This document shows positions 33,471 through 37,328 of a stretch of 37,328 nt of DNA, piece after piece. Numbering within the stretch: position 1 is the stretch's first letter; every line of letters starts with the position of its first letter. The translations under genes were made by a program, and so were the position numbers. Location of the stretch: NCBI GenBank assembly GCA_040357565.1, contig JBDODJ010000111.1; one strand, written 5' to 3'. The notes under the pieces are model-generated. The model had not been told where the DNA came from. It saw only the letters and a program-made list of their open reading frames with translations, and made no database searches. This stretch comes from Cercozoa sp. M6MM. Lineage: Eukaryota > Protista > Endomyxa: Ascetosporea.

Positions 33471-34322
33471 GTTCTCACATCCTCTCCAACCCCACACACT
33501 GAAGTAAGCACTGGTTTCTGTAGAGACAGGGTAAATGATGATGTGACACCAGCTCGCGTTGAATGTGGAAATAGCTCAAATTAAGTTTAATGTGATTCCA
33601 GCTCAAATTGTCATATACCTGTGGAGAAGGGGTTAAACTATACGGATACAATTTAAACGGGGTATCGTCGAAACCAGCCATAACAAGCATTTAAGGGCAA
33701 GATTAGGCCACTTCGTACTGAAAATGACTCACGATTTCAGACTAAACTTACGTGGCTCATAACTCAGGAAACTAACTGTAAAACTTAAGTACTTTGAGTA
33801 CAGGGGGGGGGGGGGGGGTAACAGGCAGTGTTTTTCTCAGTTGTAAAAACCAACCTCACTCATAGAGTTTTATTAGGGCCTTTGCAGTTTGGGATGGGAC
33901 TGCTGGCAGGAAACGGTATTGAAAATTTGTTTGGCACAACCAACAACCTAAATGTAGTGCGTTTAGCTGCTGTTGTAATTTGCTGCTCCGGTGCTGCCAT
34001 CACACAAAGTAATTACACGCATCGCTGTCACAAGCGATCCAACACTGAGGGTAGTACACTCCTAATTGGCGAAAGCCATCTTAACAGAGAAAGCTGCAAA
34101 GTTCGCATGAAAAGTGAACTGCCAGCAAATCAAATGGTGGGCTGTGTGTCAGTGTTTTATCGAGTGGATTCTTGAAGTGGCCGCACGTCTGCACACAGGA
34201 CCTGCGCATCGGACTTCTCGCACCTTTTATCCTTCCCACTCCAGGCATGGGAAAAGCCAAAAAAGAAAACAACCTGCAATGACTTTCAGCGTCTGTCATT
34301 CTTGTTCGTCTTCCTGATAGTC

Positions 34323-35765
34323 ATGCATTTGTCGGTCTTGTTCGCTTTGTTGGTGCTCATGCGCCTGTCAGCGGCAACTTCGGAATCCGACGTTTTGGCA
34401 CAGGTGTTACATAAATCGACTCGGGGTTTAAAAAAAAACAAACTGAACAAAATTGTTTGTCGTTTCTCCAGGCACTCACAGCTTTCGACCAAGAGGCACC
34501 GTTAGTGTATCAAACAATCGCGGCACTTTCACCATCTTGCCGCGGTGGCTGGTTGCATCGGCGAGGTATCAGGCTTAATACACTCAAAAGGCCTTGAGGC
34601 GACATTTACTTACTATGTTTATCGGCCAGTCCGAAAGGAAGTCTACAACGCGAACATGCGGCAAGCAGAAGAAACAGTGCGATTGCTACAACGCCACATT
34701 CTCGGACTCGCGGATTTTAAAGGGGCTCATGTCTCGAACAAGACACTGGTTGCGGCAGCCACCTTGGTTCGAGCGACACAGTTGTATGCTTCAATCATTT
34801 CCCCATGCACAAAAAGAATACCCAACCCCTTGTGTTGTTTCATGTAGGTATGACAAGATCTTGAGTAATCTATCCTCCTTTTGCGACGCTGAAGCAGACG
34901 AAGCTGGTAGACAATTTTTACTCTCCATGACAGAGTACCGTACAGTCTTGTTTTGAACAGTGAACGCGATGCCGGTGCTCTTAGACTCCTTGCTCAAGAC
35001 CGTGATAAAACCGCTAACGTTGTAAGTTACCGTGACGGCAGCACTGCGTGTGATACCGTATATCAGCGTCACAGTATCGATATTTGTATGCGCCTACAGA
35101 CCGGAGGCAGTGCTGATGCAGACTGTTTTAAATGCTGAGCCGAATCCAGCGAATGACCGCGACGGCGTCTTGAGCGTCATCGATTCTGCGGTCGCGGAAG
35201 TTGATCTGGTGTGCCTGACTGATGTAGTGTTCTCTGTTAAGCAGTGAGTACACGCATTGCAGGTCATGTTGCCGTGGAAGTTTCGTCCGTCGGTGTGCAA
35301 AACATGCCCGAAAATGAAGACCGAGGTTCCGCGACAGCAAGGCAGAAAACGAAAGCAGTTTGAGACAGAGTTCAACTCGCCTAGTTTGACGGCACCGCTT
35401 CTGTTGGGCTGCGACCAAGTGACATCTGCTGTCGGCCCACTGCGCGAGGCGTTGTCACTTTTCTTTCAGCTAGAGGGCCTCGACAATGACGCTCGAGTAC
35501 TCCACTCTCCGTTGATGTGGCAGTGCACACAGCAAACAGCGTCTGCTTCTAAATTTATGCTGTAGTGCAACGGAGAAGCCCATCCCAACCCAGAAGAAGC
35601 CAACGGCCAGGTTCCTCGCACACGTGCCCAGCGGTTTGTGCTAACTTCTTACCAACAACACCGGGGGAGGGGCGGATTTGACTCTTGTTCCCCAGATACG
35701 AATTCCTTGCACGCCGTGCTCTGTACTGGCTGTGGACGAAAAAAATGACACTGATCCTCATCGTA
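34323..35765 (+). CDS. Hypothetical secreted protein (multi-exon; 3' end uncertain)
   Basis: Signal peptide MHLSVLFALLVLMRLSAA. Exons chain in frame: ..DVLAQ|ALTAFDQEAP..HRR|VRKEVYNAN..ATQL|YDKIL..DEA|VNAMPVLL..LTL|PEAVLM.. Confidence 0.6.
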
Positions 35766-35984
35766 CAGTCTCTTTGCGATTTAACACCAAAGATAGAAAG
35801 TTTCGATTTGTATCTAGTGTCATAAATGTATAGTCATCCTTGCTTTTCGCGATCTTTTTTCGTATCGCTTCGCTTCTGGTACTTGTACAGTATTTGCTCG
35901 ATAAATTTACTGTACAAGTAAAATTTAGATGGGAAGTTCCTCAGTCGTCAGCATGCAGACCATATGGCAGTCCTCCTACGCGCT

Positions 35985-35986
<2 letters not shown>

Positions 35987-36074
<88 letters not shown>
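35987..36074. repeat. (CA)n microsatellite
   Basis: Seen directly. Confidence 0.95.
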
Positions 36075-36075
<1 letters not shown>

Positions 36076-36566
36076 ATATCGTGTGTGCGTGTCCTTTTGC
36101 CAGTGGACATACTACGTGGGGACAGAATGTCAACATCCAAGAACTTCTCCGCAGCTATAGTTGAAGGCCATATATTGACTTGTATGCGTCATCAGTCACC
36201 ACTCACAAAATTCATCAGAAGAGAAATATACGTACATGCTTACGTGCATAACTTACACACACATACATACGATATGCATCCACATAGATACATATCGTAT
36301 ATAAAACTTACACACAGACATACGTACACATAAGTTTACATGGTTACATACGTCCATACACGACATACATACATACATACATGCTCACTAGTGGAGTTCA
36401 GTCACGCCACAGCACTACCGATACTCAAAAATACGTTGAGTATGCTTAATTTGCCCGAACAGCTCCCATGGACCAAGATTGCATTTCAAGCGAAACAGGT
36501 TTTTTGTTGAGCTTACGTTATCGTATCGGTCTGGCTCAAAGTATACCTCCAGATGGGAAATGCTGT

Positions 36567-37260
36567 ATCACAGGGCCGGATGGCGTGGCTTAGTCGAGTG
36601 CGACGCGACAGACGCATCGCATGGATCCGGTGCGATGCGCAAGTGCGTTTCTAGCGCTGTCACGCGAACAGCTTCGAGTCCACGCGAGTTTTGAGTCTAC
36701 ATGGGTTTTTGCACAAGGATTATGCCGTGTGACGTGAGGGCGGTCGCAGGCACCGCTTGCGCCATCGCTGCTGCTGAAGGAACCGCGGCTGACGGGACCA
36801 CCGACGTGACAGGTAGCGTTGGCGCTTCGGCAGTCGGGGTTGCTATGACACCCGCCTTCATCACATTCCTCCACTGTGCACAAGATGACAACTACATACA
36901 CAGATATACAACATGACACAGCGTTGCATGAATGCACACCGAGATGTCGTACTGCCGTGCGAGTCGCACTGCCACAACAGCCACGAAACTCAGCCACGAG
37001 GCCGCAACGACACCGCGCGTCAGTGTCGTGCGCGAGGGCCAACTCCACCGTGACCTACAAACAACACTTCAAAGATATGATGTGCGTGCACTGTGGGTAC
37101 TGTGATTCGTCGCCACGTCCAGCGCGTCGCCGGCCGCCGCCGCGTCGTCGCTCGGCGTTGCGCGTGGCGCGTCCCGCGGCGCGTCTCATGGCGAGTGTGA
37201 TGTCGTCGAGGTTTGGTGTCTTGCTGTTCTTCTCAGCCACCACCAGCGAGTGCTCTGTCC
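36567..37260 (-). CDS. 3' part of a gene entering from the right edge; single-TM protein, tentatively Pex14-like
   Basis: Exons read ..NLDDITLAMRRAAG.., RWSWPSRTTLTRGVVAASWLSFVAVVAVRLARQYDIS| and WRNVMKAG..(Ala/Pro-rich). The stop position is uncertain. Confidence 0.4.
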
Positions 37261-37279
37261 CACAAACAACAACAACATC

Positions 37280-37282
<3 letters not shown>

Positions 37283-37328
<46 letters not shown>
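37283..37328. repeat. (CA)n microsatellite, intronic
   Basis: Seen directly. Confidence 0.95.

Noticed and set aside
33803-33818. G16 run as a functional G-quadruplex or telomeric seed
   Set aside because: It is an isolated homopolymer of unreliable length with no supporting context.
13186-37327. ORFs with HTHTHT / VCVCVC / poly-L runs
   Set aside because: They are translations of intronic microsatellites.

Overview
This is gene-dense eukaryotic (protist-like) nuclear DNA from a draft assembly, with a 100-N gap at 22296-22395. It uses the standard genetic code, has many short (about 40-90 nt) GT-AG introns and has frequent (TG/CA)n microsatellites. I spliced the genes by hand. From left to right: (1) a giant, more than 3,600-aa, signal-peptide-bearing protein on the minus strand that runs off the left edge; (2) a tandem C2-domain unit; (3) an LRR/coiled-coil/IQ (CEP97-like) unit, possibly fused to unit 2; (4) NDUFS6; (5) SURF6/RRP14; (6) a long helical protein with a C-terminal RGS domain; (7) a proteinase K-type S8 subtilisin; (8) a class 3 lipase head-to-head with the subtilisin; (9) a secreted hypothetical protein; (10) a partial gene at the right edge. 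Three ORF-poor, CpG-poor islands (about 18.9-19.75, 25.5-27.4 and 31.55-33.5 kb) sit downstream of genes. They are mosaics of two repeat families that are probably non-LTR retroelements. The most striking structure is at 25.7-27.4 kb: two diverged inverted copies share a perfect 249-bp inverted repeat, and a 15-bp target-site duplication is split between them in opposite orientations. This implies the 0.9-kb spacer is inverted (or invertible) with gene conversion of the arms, although an assembly mis-orientation cannot be excluded. All alignments and counts were done by eye and no database searches were run.
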